Shown: piece by piece, positions 9,442 through 19,340 of the stretch | Layout: every line of letters begins with the position of its first letter | How positions within the stretch are numbered: the stretch's first letter is position 1 | Assembly (NCBI GenBank): GCA_905233745.1 | Contig: CAJODA010000003.1 | Location: forward strand, 19,576 to 83,575 | DNA: 64,000 nt | From: an uncultured Bacteroidales bacterium | GTDB taxonomy: Bacteria; Bacteroidota; Bacteroidia; Bacteroidales; WCHB1-69 | Reading direction: 5' to 3' | Notes under the pieces: model-generated | Database searches by the model: none | What the model was told of the DNA's origin: nothing | What the model saw: the letters and a program-made list of their open reading frames with translations, nothing else | Made by a program: the position numbers and the translations under genes

Positions 9442-10366
9442 GATGTTCTTGGTTGAATGTTTGTACTTGTTCGATGAAAATCTCATTCATGGTGGGCAGG
9501 ACCTCCTTGAATGAAAGAATGTTGCCATGCTCAACCAGCAGTCTCAGCAGATTGTTGGCTGGCTGGTTGTCGTGGATTCTCACCGTATATGATTTGCCAA
9601 TCGGGGAAACCTTTGTCCCGATCAACTCGTAGGGATCTTGCAATATAGGGGTGATGTCCGGACTGTCGGATGACATGTCCACATTGAAGATGTTTTTCTT
9701 GAATCGGTTCTTGACTTCCAGGATATTACCCGACAATATTTTTTGAGCTTTGTTGATGAGGGCGATTTCATCGCAGATTTCCTCTACGGAGGCCATGTTG
9801 TGGGTGGAGAGGATAATGGTGGTGCCCTCTTGCTTCAGGCGTAGGATCTCCTCTTTCAGCAAATTGGAGTTGATGGGGTCAAAACCGCTGAAGGGCTCGT
9901 CCAATATGAGGAAGGAAGGGGTATGGAGGATGGTGGTGATAAACTGAAGTTTCTGCTGCATGCCCTTGGAGAGCTCTTCTACAGGGCGATTCCACCAATC
10001 CAATATGTCATATTGCTGGAACTTGACGCGCAGGCGCTTGTAGGCGGTGTCACGGTCAAGACCTTTGAGCCTTGCGAGGTACATGGCCTGCTCGCCGGCT
10101 TTCATCTTTTTGTACAAACCGCGCTCTTCAGGCAGATAGCCTATCTGGCGCACATCCTCTGCCTCCAAGGGACGGCCTTTGAAATAGACGGTCCCGGAAT
10201 CGGGGTATGTGATTTGGTTGAGGATTCGGATAAGGGTGGTTTTGCCCGCACCGTTCGGTCCTAATAATCCGAAAATGATACCCTCCGGGATGGATAGGGA
10301 CACCCTGTCCAACGCCAGATGGTTGTCAAATGTTTTGGTGACTTGGTCAACCTCTATGATGTTCAT
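9434..10366 (-). CDS. ABC transporter ATP-binding protein (NatA-like)
   Basis: 310 aa. Walker A GPNGAGKTT, ABC signature LSKGMQQK, Walker B FLILDEPFSGFD. Confidence 0.9.
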   Translation of the reverse strand: MNIIEVDQVTKTFDNHLALDRVSLSIPEGIIFGLLGPNGAGKTTLIRILNQITYPDSGTVYFKGRPLEAEDVRQIGYLPEERGLYKKMKAGEQAMYLARLKGLDRDTAYKRLRVKFQQYDILDWWNRPVEELSKGMQQKLQFITTILHTPSFLILDEPFSGFDPINSNLLKEEILRLKQEGTTIILSTHNMASVEEICDEIALINKAQKILSGNILEVKNRFKKNIFNVDMSSDSPDITPILQDPYELIGTKVSPIGKSYTVRIHDNQPANNLLRLLVEHGNILSFKEVLPTMNEIFIEQVQTFNQEHHE

Positions 10367-11031
10367 AAATTAGTTGGATTTTTCTTTTTCTTCTTCTTCT
10401 TTTTCTTCTTCTTTTTCTTGGCCGGAGTGATGTAGAAATCGGAGTTGCTGTTGGCCATTTGCAGCAGGGCATTGGTGGAGGCGAAGGAGAAATCTTCAGG
10501 AACGGTGAGTTTGCCATCGGATATCTCTTCTATCTGGTGCGCAATCAGTGAGTCGTTCACAGAGTTGCGGTTGTATATCAGGTACATCATTTTCAGATGG
10601 TTGGCCAGAGGACGCACCAATATGTTTCGCACGTTCTCCGGGTAGCTGGCCACTTTCATTATGATGTTCTCCATGTTGCGCCCGTAAGTTCTGAGCCGTA
10701 TATGATGCTTGTTGTAGTCAGGCTTAACCACCTCCTTCTCTTTGTCTTTGGGTACAGGCTTCGGGAATGGACAGTCAATATCCAGCGTGTAGCCGGACAT
10801 GATATGCAGGTGATCCCATAGTTTGTGCCAGTAGTCCATGGATTCCCGCTTCCCGGCGTTGGCAGGGTCTTTCACTTCGTTCAGTTGGTCCATCACGCGG
10901 ACGATGGCACGGGCGGTCTCGTTGCGCTTCTCACGGTCTTCAATGGTCATGGCCTCCTCAATCATCTTCTGTACGTTGCGGCCATACTCTTTGATGACAA
11001 GTTTGTTTCGTTTGGTGTTGTATTCTATCAT
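10363..11031 (-). CDS. DUF4290-family protein with a C-terminal 13-lysine tail
   Basis: The N-terminus MIEYNTKRNKLVIKEYGRNVQKMIEEA matches my memory of the Bacteroidetes DUF4290 family. The C-terminus ends PAKKKKKKKKKKKKKNPTNL, encoded by a homopurine AAG/AAA tract at 10384-10422. The start at 11031 is preferred over the ORF track start at 11064. Confidence 0.7.
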   Translation of the reverse strand: MIEYNTKRNKLVIKEYGRNVQKMIEEAMTIEDREKRNETARAIVRVMDQLNEVKDPANAGKRESMDYWHKLWDHLHIMSGYTLDIDCPFPKPVPKDKEKEVVKPDYNKHHIRLRTYGRNMENIIMKVASYPENVRNILVRPLANHLKMMYLIYNRNSVNDSLIAHQIEEISDGKLTVPEDFSFASTNALLQMANSNSDFYITPAKKKKKKKKKKKKKNPTNL

Positions 11032-11082
11032 AGCTATGAAGTGATTTTTCCAATGGGTGTGCAAAAATAAGAAAAAAATGCC

Positions 11083-12948
11083 TTATTCCGGTATTGTTGC
11101 CAGGCTGTCGACATACGCTGCTTCGGCGGCCTGAAGGCTGTCCCGGAGTGCCCGCTCGCGAGCCTTGTATTTGTTTCGGTAAATGGCTACGATGGGCTTC
11201 GAATCGATATACAGCCGGTAAATGGAGGAGTCTGACGGCCAGGTGCCGTTTCTGAGCTGGGTGGACGGTATGTTGTTGCAGAAGTCAATGTAGTAGTCCC
11301 AAGTGCTGTCTGTCTTGCTGAACGGCAGGTGTTGCAGACGTATCAGGCTGCTGTCTTTTTGGAAGAAGAGTCCGCAGGCTGCATTTCCGTTGGTGGCCAC
11401 TGTCATGATGCTGTCCTCGGGTCTCGAAATGAGGTCCTGGCGGTAGATGTGCCGTTTCATCCACAAGCAAGCTGTCTTGTTGGCGTCGTCATTGCAGTCC
11501 AGTTCGTACTTGGCGTACGCATTGTTGATGCCGCCGGATATTTCGTTGAAGTAGAGCGAGACCACTGGTTTGTTGAACATGATATGCCGGATGGGCATGA
11601 AGGAGAGCAGTGCGATGATGCCCATGATCACAAAGTTTGTGTATTTGTCGTTCACTGCCCGCAGGGTGCATTCTATACCGCTGGCCGCTATCAACATGAA
11701 CAGCGGATATATGGAGTAGTAAATTGCCCATACGGTGTCGGGACTGAGGTAGTAGGTCCTCACCTCATGGATGCAATACAGGAAAGAGTACAAGAAAATG
11801 AATATGGAGTAGAATTTCAATGTCTTCACTGCTGTCTTGAAGAAAATGAAGAACAACAGAAATCCCATCAGTATAATGGTCGGGGTTGTGATGAAGAGGT
11901 AAGTGGACAGGTAGCTGAATGGGAAGTTGTCCGGTCCGATCGTATGACCTTTGAAGAGCTGGTTGCCGGACGTGGGGTAGTTGATGGTCAGCAGCTCAAA
12001 GGCGTTATGAGGGAGCACAAATGAGCGCTCGAGGAACCAGGTGCAGGCCATGTGGACAACATATACCGTCAGGATTGTGCCGGCCAACACCAGGAGCAAT
12101 TGCCCCAGTGCTTTCATGTATTCCTTGGAAGCAATCTTCTTGAGGGGGTTGTATAGGAAGAAGTTGAGCAGGGTGAAGACAATCAGGAAGTGAATCAGGA
12201 CAAATCCGGCGTTGTAGGTGGAGAGTGCGATGAATGTTCCCAATAGAAGCTTGAAACAGCGGTATATGCGGATAACGGGCAACTCACGACAGAAATAATA
12301 CATTTGTGTGATGGTGAATATGAATCCGAAAGCGAAGGTCACATCCACCATGTTGCTTAGCGAATAGCCGAAGAATCGGGGAGAGATGAAGAGGAAGAAG
12401 GCGGTGAAAAAGGCGGCCCGCCAGTTGTACGCTTTGAGAATCAGGATGGAGAGATAGAAAATCAGCAGCCATCCGAAGATTGCACTCAAGGTGTGCCGGA
12501 CTGTGAAGGAGTCCTCCGCATGGAATGCTTTGCAGGAGCCGTACACCAAAAGGTCAATGATTTGTGCCTGTGTGGAGGCGAATGGGTGAGTCTTGTAGGC
12601 TTCCGTGTCACCGATATGGTGGAAATGGTTGTACACCAACTCAGAATAGTGGTCCTGCTCCAGTTCGCGTGTGGAGATGCCTACATGCTGGGACATGAAC
12701 AGCATCACCACCAGCATCACCGACATGGAGATCATCAGCAGGTACTTGTACACATCATCCCCGGTTTTGAGGGCGAATGTGAAGGGCTTGCGCTGCACAG
12801 AGTATTTAATGCTGTGGTGCTTGTTTTTGGAGAGCCGAATCTTCCATACATCATCGTCAAACAGCTCCTGCGAATAGGAAATACGGTCAGCCAGCTGTTT
12901 GATGATTTGTAAGAATCGTTCTACAATATTTAGTTTCTCATTTCCCAT
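11083..12948 (-). CDS. large polytopic membrane protein, possibly a GT-C-fold (ArnT/PMT-like) glycosyltransferase
   Basis: 621-aa ORF with more than 10 hydrophobic segments and a soluble C-terminal region. The function is a guess from architecture and from the neighbouring WbqC-like gene. Confidence 0.55.
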   Translation of the reverse strand: MGNEKLNIVERFLQIIKQLADRISYSQELFDDDVWKIRLSKNKHHSIKYSVQRKPFTFALKTGDDVYKYLLMISMSVMLVVMLFMSQHVGISTRELEQDHYSELVYNHFHHIGDTEAYKTHPFASTQAQIIDLLVYGSCKAFHAEDSFTVRHTLSAIFGWLLIFYLSILILKAYNWRAAFFTAFFLFISPRFFGYSLSNMVDVTFAFGFIFTITQMYYFCRELPVIRIYRCFKLLLGTFIALSTYNAGFVLIHFLIVFTLLNFFLYNPLKKIASKEYMKALGQLLLVLAGTILTVYVVHMACTWFLERSFVLPHNAFELLTINYPTSGNQLFKGHTIGPDNFPFSYLSTYLFITTPTIILMGFLLFFIFFKTAVKTLKFYSIFIFLYSFLYCIHEVRTYYLSPDTVWAIYYSIYPLFMLIAASGIECTLRAVNDKYTNFVIMGIIALLSFMPIRHIMFNKPVVSLYFNEISGGINNAYAKYELDCNDDANKTACLWMKRHIYRQDLISRPEDSIMTVATNGNAACGLFFQKDSSLIRLQHLPFSKTDSTWDYYIDFCNNIPSTQLRNGTWPSDSSIYRLYIDSKPIVAIYRNKYKARERALRDSLQAAEAAYVDSLATIPE

Positions 12949-13594
12949 TGGAGGATAATAGCAGGTTAAATCGGTTGTTAAGGGTCAGAAGGTAGCCTGC
13001 GGCCTCAGGTCCCAGGTTGAAGAGCAGGTCGAGAACAGATAGGTTTGGCGTGAATCCGAACCGGTCCTCGAAAACCTGATAGTATGGGATGGTGAGGCGC
13101 AGCGGATATTCGGGGCGGATGCTCTGTTTCGGGTGTATGAGTGTCCGAAGGTCAGGCGTGCGGACACTGTCATAGTCAGTTGTGAGATGTAATGCGGAGT
13201 TTACACCGAGCAACTTCAGCAGCGTCTTTGTGAGCTGCTGATTGTAGTCAAACAGGCGTTCGAAGCGTTGCTCATAGAAAGGCCGTAAGGCATCCTGGTA
13301 GTACAGGAAGTATGGGCTGGCGTTGTATGCAGTAGTGATGGCGCGCCAGTGGCTGCGTTGCCAGGGCGTGGTGTACTCAATGCAAGCCTCCGTAATGGGC
13401 GGCTTGTGAGAGATGTGCACTACGGGCACATGGAGCGTCTGTACGCCGTTGCCCGTCAGAATGCAGGCGCGGTTGCGGTAACTCTGCTTGCAGTAGTTTT
13501 CCTTGCTCTCGACCCAGACCTCGCGATTCATCAGAAAGGAGAAGTACTCGACGGGAGGCAGGTAGGCGGTCGATAGCAGAGGTGTGGTGTCCAA
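12938..13594 (-). CDS. WbqC-family protein
   Basis: 218 aa. LSTAYLPPVEYFSFL...ESKENYCKQSYRNRACILTGNGVQTLHVPV matches the WbqC-like family pattern (from memory). Confidence 0.7.
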   Translation of the reverse strand: MDTTPLLSTAYLPPVEYFSFLMNREVWVESKENYCKQSYRNRACILTGNGVQTLHVPVVHISHKPPITEACIEYTTPWQRSHWRAITTAYNASPYFLYYQDALRPFYEQRFERLFDYNQQLTKTLLKLLGVNSALHLTTDYDSVRTPDLRTLIHPKQSIRPEYPLRLTIPYYQVFEDRFGFTPNLSVLDLLFNLGPEAAGYLLTLNNRFNLLLSSNGK

Positions 13595-13596
13595 GG

Positions 13597-15255
13597 TTAT
13601 TTTACAATGACCAATTTTGAGTTATATACCTTTTTGCCCTGTACGATTTCCATGAAATAGATACCGTCAGACAAGTTGCTGAGGTTCATTTGGAAGGTGG
13701 GGGCAGCATCAACAGTGCTGGAGTGCACGAGTGTTCCGGCGGCGTCATAGACGTTGCACAAGGCATTGCCTTGCTCGAAGGAACCCTTCAGGAAGATACG
13801 GCCGTCACTGGGGTTGGGAGAAGCGATAAAGGTGCGGTCTGACGTGATGTAGTTCTCAACACCCACGGGAGTGCCGTCGTAACGCATACCTGGCATGCTC
13901 AGCGCGCCTGTGTTGTCCGGGTCAAGCCACGGTTTAAGTTTGCGGGCGTTGTTGCTGTTGTTGCTGTTGGTCCAGGAATAGGAGAACTTGCCGTAGCTGT
14001 CCGTGCCGGACATGTTGTCGCACGCGCTGCTTCCAGTGCTGAGGTCACCGATGATACGTCCGTTTGCGTTGAAAAGCGGAGAACCGGAGGAACCCTGCTC
14101 GGTGCAGCCCCTGTTGGGGTTGGAGTACCAGCCGACAATCCAGTATTTGTTGTAGGTGCCGCCGGGACTGGCCACCACTCTCGGGAAACTGATCTTTTTA
14201 TAGTCTCCACCGGGATGATGCACGGCAATACCCACGGACGATGAGCCGGAGGCGTCCCATCCTGCGAAAACCAGGTTTCTCTGGGCACTGGCCGGAATCT
14301 CTCCCGTTATTTTCAACAGTAAGAAGTCGGAGCTGCTGGAGAGGTTGTTGTTTCCGTTGTATCCTGCACTGGCAATTACTTCTCCGCCGTATGCAATACG
14401 GGAATTATAACCGGATGTGCCGTCACATGTGTGTGTCTGGTAGTCGAAAAGGAATCTGAACACTGCATTTGATGCTGTGGAACAGTGGTTGGCTGTCAGC
14501 ACGTAAGGGGTCTTGTCCTGGCGCACGTTGTTAATCATGGCTCCGGAGCACATGAAGGATTCGCCGTTTTCAGATATCAAGATGCAAACCACCGAGTTGA
14601 TCTGGTCGCGCCATGGATCCCCGTCGGAACAGATTGCGTTGATATGGCAGTCACCCTCAGCATCGCCCCAGTAGCCTTTGCTTGCGTTTTTCAGGTGCAT
14701 GATGTCACGATATATATGGCTGACACGTTCAATCTGAATCTCTCCACGGAATGCGGCGTCGGCCGGCTCGTAGTATTCCAGCGTGATCTCGTCACCCACG
14801 ATATCAAGAGTGCCCATATAACCGTTGGTCTTCGCGTAATCCTCGTTGGTGTATGCCTGGCTCACCTGGGTTCTGTCGCTGCTATAGACGTGGAGCATGG
14901 CACCCTCCGGTATGTTGAACTTGGAAAAGATGACGGAAATCAAAGTGGCGTCGGGAGAGGTGATGGCCAATCTCCACAACCTGCTTCCGTCAGGCAGGAT
15001 GTCCGTTCTGCCTGAGTTCTCGAATGTGAAATCCACAGAATGTACAATACCGACTCTCAAAGGTGTCCCTTTTTCCGTGACGGCATCCTCTGCAAGGAGC
15101 TTGTCAGCATCTACAGCAGGCATGTCCACGTGGTCGATGTTCAATGCGATGCTGTTGTGGGTGAAACTGTAGGGAACTGTCGTCAAGTCATTCTGAGCGT
15201 AGGTTGCAAATAAAGAGAACACTACGCAAAAGAGGGATAAGAGCGTCTTTTTCAT
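13597..15255 (-). CDS. secreted trypsin-fold (S1 family, lysyl-endopeptidase-like) serine peptidase with a T9SS C-terminal sorting domain
   Basis: Signal peptide MKKTLLSLFCVVFSLFATYAQ. Catalytic His context LTANHC. Catalytic Ser context GSSGSPLF. The C-terminal roughly 80 aa (GIYFMEIVQGKKVYNSKLVIVK) are typical of a type A T9SS CTD. Confidence 0.8.
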   Translation of the reverse strand: MKKTLLSLFCVVFSLFATYAQNDLTTVPYSFTHNSIALNIDHVDMPAVDADKLLAEDAVTEKGTPLRVGIVHSVDFTFENSGRTDILPDGSRLWRLAITSPDATLISVIFSKFNIPEGAMLHVYSSDRTQVSQAYTNEDYAKTNGYMGTLDIVGDEITLEYYEPADAAFRGEIQIERVSHIYRDIMHLKNASKGYWGDAEGDCHINAICSDGDPWRDQINSVVCILISENGESFMCSGAMINNVRQDKTPYVLTANHCSTASNAVFRFLFDYQTHTCDGTSGYNSRIAYGGEVIASAGYNGNNNLSSSSDFLLLKITGEIPASAQRNLVFAGWDASGSSSVGIAVHHPGGDYKKISFPRVVASPGGTYNKYWIVGWYSNPNRGCTEQGSSGSPLFNANGRIIGDLSTGSSACDNMSGTDSYGKFSYSWTNSNNSNNARKLKPWLDPDNTGALSMPGMRYDGTPVGVENYITSDRTFIASPNPSDGRIFLKGSFEQGNALCNVYDAAGTLVHSSTVDAAPTFQMNLSNLSDGIYFMEIVQGKKVYNSKLVIVK

Positions 15256-15300
15256 ATTTATGGATGTTTTTTAAGGCCGCAAAAATATAAAAAAAAATTG

Positions 15301-15308
15301 TACCTTTG
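15301..15308 (+). promoter_or_regulatory. -7 promoter box TACCTTTG upstream of rsfS
   Basis: TAnnTTTG match 25 nt upstream of the ATG at 15333. Confidence 0.45.
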
Positions 15309-15332
15309 CCCGCTAATTTTTAAACCACACCT

Positions 15333-15713
15333 ATGACTGTAAAAAGAAAAGTCAAATTTGAAGGAACTCCCTTCGAGGGAAATATAGAAGAACTTATCAT
15401 CCAGGCTCTTATTGAAAAGCAAGGTGTAGATATCCAGTGTTTGAATCTGAAAAAGATAAACCACACCTACTTTGATTATTTCGTGATTTGCACAGGAAAT
15501 TCAAAACCGCATGTGGAGACTTTATGCGATTTTGTGCAGGAAAAAACCCAACGTGAGGCGGGTGTGAAGCCTGTGCATGTTGAAGGTCTCGACAACTGCG
15601 AGTGGATTCTGCTCGACTATTTCAACGTCCTCGTGCACATCTTCCAGCCCGAAGCCCGCGCTTACTACAACCTGGAAGCCCTCTGGAGCGACGCAGAAGT
15701 CCAAAAATTCTAA
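15333..15713 (+). CDS. rsfS: ribosome silencing factor RsfS (iojap-like)
   Basis: 126 aa. DYFVICTGNS...HV.....EWILLDYFNVLVHIFQPEARAYYNLEALW is the RsfS signature. Confidence 0.9.
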   Translation: MTVKRKVKFEGTPFEGNIEELIIQALIEKQGVDIQCLNLKKINHTYFDYFVICTGNSKPHVETLCDFVQEKTQREAGVKPVHVEGLDNCEWILLDYFNVLVHIFQPEARAYYNLEALWSDAEVQKF

Positions 15714-15735
15714 CCGTTCACCTTGTACCCTTCTT

Positions 15736-17769
15736 ATGTCATTTAATACCCCGAAAAATAACCAATTTTCCTCTTCGCCGCTCAAGGGCAAGAACACCAA
15801 TGGCTCCAAGAACAAGCCAAAGTTTTCATTTTTATACATCTATGTTCTCGTCGGAATCTTCATTCTCGCCTATTACCTTTTCTCGATGGGCAACACGCGT
15901 GCGATCAGCGTAAACGACATGCAGTTCAACCAGATGGTTAAAAACTGTGAAATTGACCATTTGGTATATGTTCAGAAAGATGAGAAAGTTAACGTTTTCT
16001 TGAAAACGCAGGCGTTGCAGAGCAACCCCGCATATGAGAAAGTGAAAGATAACACCCAAGGCCCCCAGTATTTTATCACAGTGACCGATTTGAAAGTGTT
16101 CAATGACAATCTCAAGGAGGTGAAAGAGAGGGCAATACAGAGTCGTTTGGAGCAGGACAGTACCTTGTCTGCCAGCGATATCGCCGGCGAATACGAGTTT
16201 CCGACCACTCAGGACAACACCAAAAGCTGGGGCCTGGAGCTTTTCATCTGGGTGCTGCCCACCTTTCTCATTTTCGCTCTCTTTATCTGGTCCATGCGTT
16301 CTATGCGTGGAGGTTTGGGCGGCGGTGGCAATATTTTTAATATTGGCAAGTCCAAAGCTCAGGAGTTTGACGAGAAGTCAGGCCAACTGGTCACCTTCAA
16401 GGATGTGGCCGGCCTGGAGGGTGCCAAGTTTGAGATTGAAGAGGTTGTTGACTTTCTGAAGAATCCCAAGAAATATACTGTTTTGGGTGGCAAGATACCC
16501 AAAGGCGTGCTGCTGGTAGGCCCTCCGGGCACGGGCAAGACCCTGTTGGCCAAGGCAGTGGCGGGCGAAGCCAAAGTGCCCTTCTTCTCCTTGTCGGGAT
16601 CCGACTTTGTGGAGATGTTCGTTGGCGTTGGCGCCTCGCGTGTCCGTGACCTGTTCAAGACCGCCAAGGAGAAAGCCCCGTGCATCATCTTTATCGACGA
16701 GATTGATGCCATCGGCCGTGCTCGTGGCAAGAATGCCCTCTCCAATGCGAATGATGAAAGGGAGAGCACCCTTAACCAGTTGCTTACCGAGATGGACGGC
16801 TTCTCCACCAATGCCGGTGTCATCATCATGGCGGCCACCAACCGCGCCGATATCCTTGACCGCGCCCTGTTGCGTGCCGGCCGTTTCGACCGCCAGATTC
16901 AGGTTGAATTGCCCAACCTCAATGAGCGCAAGGGTATCTTTGGCGTGCACGTGCGCAACCTTAAGATCGGCCCCGATGTCGATCTGGATTTCTTTGCCAA
17001 GCAGACTCCCGGTTTCTCCGGAGCCGATATTGCCAATGTGTGCAATGAGGCTGCCCTTATTGCTGCACGTAACAACAAGACCCAGATTGAGAAGGAGGAC
17101 TTCCTGTCGGCCGTTGACCGCATCATCGGTGGTCTGGAACGACGTGGCAGTGTCATCTCCCCGGAAGAGAAGCGCTCCATCGCGTTCCATGAGTCCGGTC
17201 ATGCCTGTGTGAGCTGGATGTTGCGTTACGCCTCCCCGCTGGTGAAGGTTACCATCGTGCCCCGTGGCAAAGCTCTCGGCGCAGCCTGGTATCTGCCGGA
17301 GGAGCGTCAGCTGACCACTTACGACCAGCTTGTGGATGAGATGACAGCCACTTTGGGCGGACGTGCCGCCGAAGAGGTCACTTTCGGCCGTGTCTCCACA
17401 GGTGCACTTAATGACCTCGAACGCGTGACCAAGCAGGCTTACGCCATGGTGGTCTATTATGGCCTGGACAAGAAAATCGGCAATGTGAGCTACTATGACT
17501 CCACTGGCCAGCAGGAATACTCTTTCACGAAGCCCTATAGTGAGAAGACTGCACAAGATATCGACGGTCAGATTCGCGAACTTGTGGAATCCTGTTATCA
17601 GAAAGCGAAAGATATCTTGAATGAGCATAAGGAACAACTCGGAGAACTGGCACAGTTGCTGCTTGACCGCGAGGTGATCTACACTGAGGATGTGGAGAGA
17701 ATCTTGGGCAAACGCCCGTTTGAGAAATCGGAAGATACCGAAACCCCTGATACTGATGTAAACTCATAG
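15736..17769 (+). CDS. ftsH: ATP-dependent zinc metalloprotease FtsH
   Basis: Walker [14 protein letters not shown], Walker [13 protein letters not shown] region, zinc motif HESGHA. The start is set to the ATG at 15736 (MSFNTPKNN), because the ORF-track start at 15577 would overlap rsfS. Confidence 0.95.
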   Translation: MSFNTPKNNQFSSSPLKGKNTNGSKNKPKFSFLYIYVLVGIFILAYYLFSMGNTRAISVNDMQFNQMVKNCEIDHLVYVQKDEKVNVFLKTQALQSNPAYEKVKDNTQGPQYFITVTDLKVFNDNLKEVKERAIQSRLEQDSTLSASDIAGEYEFPTTQDNTKSWGLELFIWVLPTFLIFALFIWSMRSMRGGLGGGGNIFNIGKSKAQEFDEKSGQLVTFKDVAGLEGAKFEIEEVVDFLKNPKKYTVLGGKIPKGVLLVGPPGTGKTLLAKAVAGEAKVPFFSLSGSDFVEMFVGVGASRVRDLFKTAKEKAPCIIFIDEIDAIGRARGKNALSNANDERESTLNQLLTEMDGFSTNAGVIIMAATNRADILDRALLRAGRFDRQIQVELPNLNERKGIFGVHVRNLKIGPDVDLDFFAKQTPGFSGADIANVCNEAALIAARNNKTQIEKEDFLSAVDRIIGGLERRGSVISPEEKRSIAFHESGHACVSWMLRYASPLVKVTIVPRGKALGAAWYLPEERQLTTYDQLVDEMTATLGGRAAEEVTFGRVSTGALNDLERVTKQAYAMVVYYGLDKKIGNVSYYDSTGQQEYSFTKPYSEKTAQDIDGQIRELVESCYQKAKDILNEHKEQLGELAQLLLDREVIYTEDVERILGKRPFEKSEDTETPDTDVNS

Positions 17770-17796
17770 TAAAGACGCAAGATTTTGCGTCTTTAC
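17769..17796 (+). terminator. stem-loop directly after the ftsH stop (member of the AGACGCAA...TTGCGTCT hairpin family)
   Basis: Perfect 12-bp stem gtaaagacgcaa / ttgcgtctttac with a 4-nt loop, and no clear T-run afterwards. Confidence 0.5.
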
Positions 17797-17818
17797 ATAA
17801 TAATAATACCTAGAAATC

Positions 17819-18505
17819 ATGGCCGACAATAATCAATTTGACTCCAGCATCCTGACGGAGAAGGAGAGTATCCGCCAGAATATCCGCAATGCACTGTCCA
17901 ATAAGATGGAGGTGGTGAATGCAGAGCTGGATATGAACATAAATGCAGACGTTTATCAGCCCATACCCAACTTGGTCGCCTCTTTTGTGGAGAAGTTCCG
18001 TGCTGCCGGCGGCTTGTATGTGCCCTGTACCAATCAAGACTTGGTCTCTGTCCTTATACGCCTGTGCAAGAGTCAGAAATATGGCAATGTGCTTAGCACC
18101 AGCCCCTTCTTTTCACAGTACTTGGAGAAGTATCAGGTGCCGTATGTGACCGCCATCTCTGCGGTTGAATCTGCCGATGCTGCGGTCGTGGCTTCCAACG
18201 TGCTGATTGCCCCGACGGGTAGCGTGGGTTTCTCCCAGGCATTGAATGTCTATCCTTCGGTCAGGGGGTTGGCCCGCGACCTGATTGTGATCTCCCGTGA
18301 ACGTTGCGTTTTCCAGGATCTGGATGATGCCCTGAATTTCCAGATGCGGAAGAATGACAACAAAGCTTTCCCATTGACTGAGTTCCTGCTCCCTACACCG
18401 ATTGAAAAAGTGGACGGCGTGCCGCAGTCCACCCCCGTTAACCCTCGTATTATACTGTTTTTAGTTTCCGATCATGATGCCCAAGTACAAGAATCTGCTG
18501 ATTAG
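17819..18505 (+). CDS. LUD-domain (LutC/YkgG-like) protein
   Basis: 228-aa ORF in the rsfS-ftsH-X-cdsA position, which in my recollection is occupied in Bacteroidetes by a LUD-domain protein. The sequence-level assignment is weak. Confidence 0.5.
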   Translation: MADNNQFDSSILTEKESIRQNIRNALSNKMEVVNAELDMNINADVYQPIPNLVASFVEKFRAAGGLYVPCTNQDLVSVLIRLCKSQKYGNVLSTSPFFSQYLEKYQVPYVTAISAVESADAAVVASNVLIAPTGSVGFSQALNVYPSVRGLARDLIVISRERCVFQDLDDALNFQMRKNDNKAFPLTEFLLPTPIEKVDGVPQSTPVNPRIILFLVSDHDAQVQESAD

Positions 18506-19340
18506 AACGGTAGTCGGTGCCGCCTACGTGGCCCTTATGGTTGCCGGTGTGTTTGTCTTCCCCCTGATGGATGTGCTCTTGTGTGTGGCGGCCTGCATTG
18601 CCATATTCGAGTGCATGCGACTGGTCTCCGGGCCGGTTGACCGACTTTCGATGGTGCTGCTGATGGTTGCAACGGTTGTCCAGTTCGCCGTCATACTCAA
18701 CTTTGGCCTCCGAAGGAGTTCCTTTTTCTACAATGCGGAAATGATGACCCTTTTTATGTTTGTCGTCGTTGCAGTCCTGACCATTATATCCCTGTCAGTG
18801 GCATTGTCGGTGCTGGAATTGCTCCGCCACCGTCCCGCACCGCTCGAACACATGGGGGTTCCGCTTTTCGCATATTCCTGGATTGTCATCCCCTTGGGGT
18901 TCTTGGCCGTGATGACTCGCGTCTGTCCGCCATTAATACTGGCATTCCTGATACTGATTTGGACGTACGACACTTTTGCATATCTGGGTGGAACACTTTA
19001 TGGAAGGAACAAGATGTGCGAACATATCTCGCCTAAAAAAACCTGGGAAGGAACGGTGACGGGATTCATCATGACTGTTGTGATGGCAATTGTTCTCCCC
19101 AGCATTCCCTATTTTGGACATCTTCACATCGCTTTGTGGAAATGGGTGGTTTTCGCCATACTAATCGTCCTTTTCGGTACGGTAGGAGATCTTTTGGAAT
19201 CACTCCTCAAACGCCGGGCTGGGGTTAAGGATAGCGGTAGCATTATGCCGGGTCATGGTGGGATGCTCGACCGCTTTGACTCCATTCTGATCGCTTCGAT
19301 ACCCGCTTTGCTTTTTGCTTTAACCGTGATGATTCCATAG
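18474..19340 (+). CDS. cdsA: phosphatidate cytidylyltransferase
   Basis: Polytopic membrane protein with the CdsA C-terminal signature [25 protein letters not shown]. Confidence 0.9.
   Translation: MMPKYKNLLIRTVVGAAYVALMVAGVFVFPLMDVLLCVAACIAIFECMRLVSGPVDRLSMVLLMVATVVQFAVILNFGLRRSSFFYNAEMMTLFMFVVVAVLTIISLSVALSVLELLRHRPAPLEHMGVPLFAYSWIVIPLGFLAVMTRVCPPLILAFLILIWTYDTFAYLGGTLYGRNKMCEHISPKKTWEGTVTGFIMTVVMAIVLPSIPYFGHLHIALWKWVVFAILIVLFGTVGDLLESLLKRRAGVKDSGSIMPGHGGMLDRFDSILIASIPALLFALTVMIP

Noticed and set aside
15577-15735. N-terminal extension of FtsH in the ORF track (start at 15577)
   Set aside because: The extension would overlap the rsfS coding region in another frame, and it translates to a low-complexity S/T/P-rich peptide. 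The ATG at 15736 gives a normal FtsH N-terminus followed by the first TM segment.
16378-17637. 419-aa minus-strand ORF inside ftsH, with similar antisense ORFs at 44675-45973 (in dcp), 20799-21572 (in uvrA), 35631-36308 (in dnaK), 25741-26457 (in argF) and 47823-48680 (in ligA)
   Set aside because: All are antisense to strongly supported conserved genes and lack any recognisable motif. They are treated as shadow ORFs.
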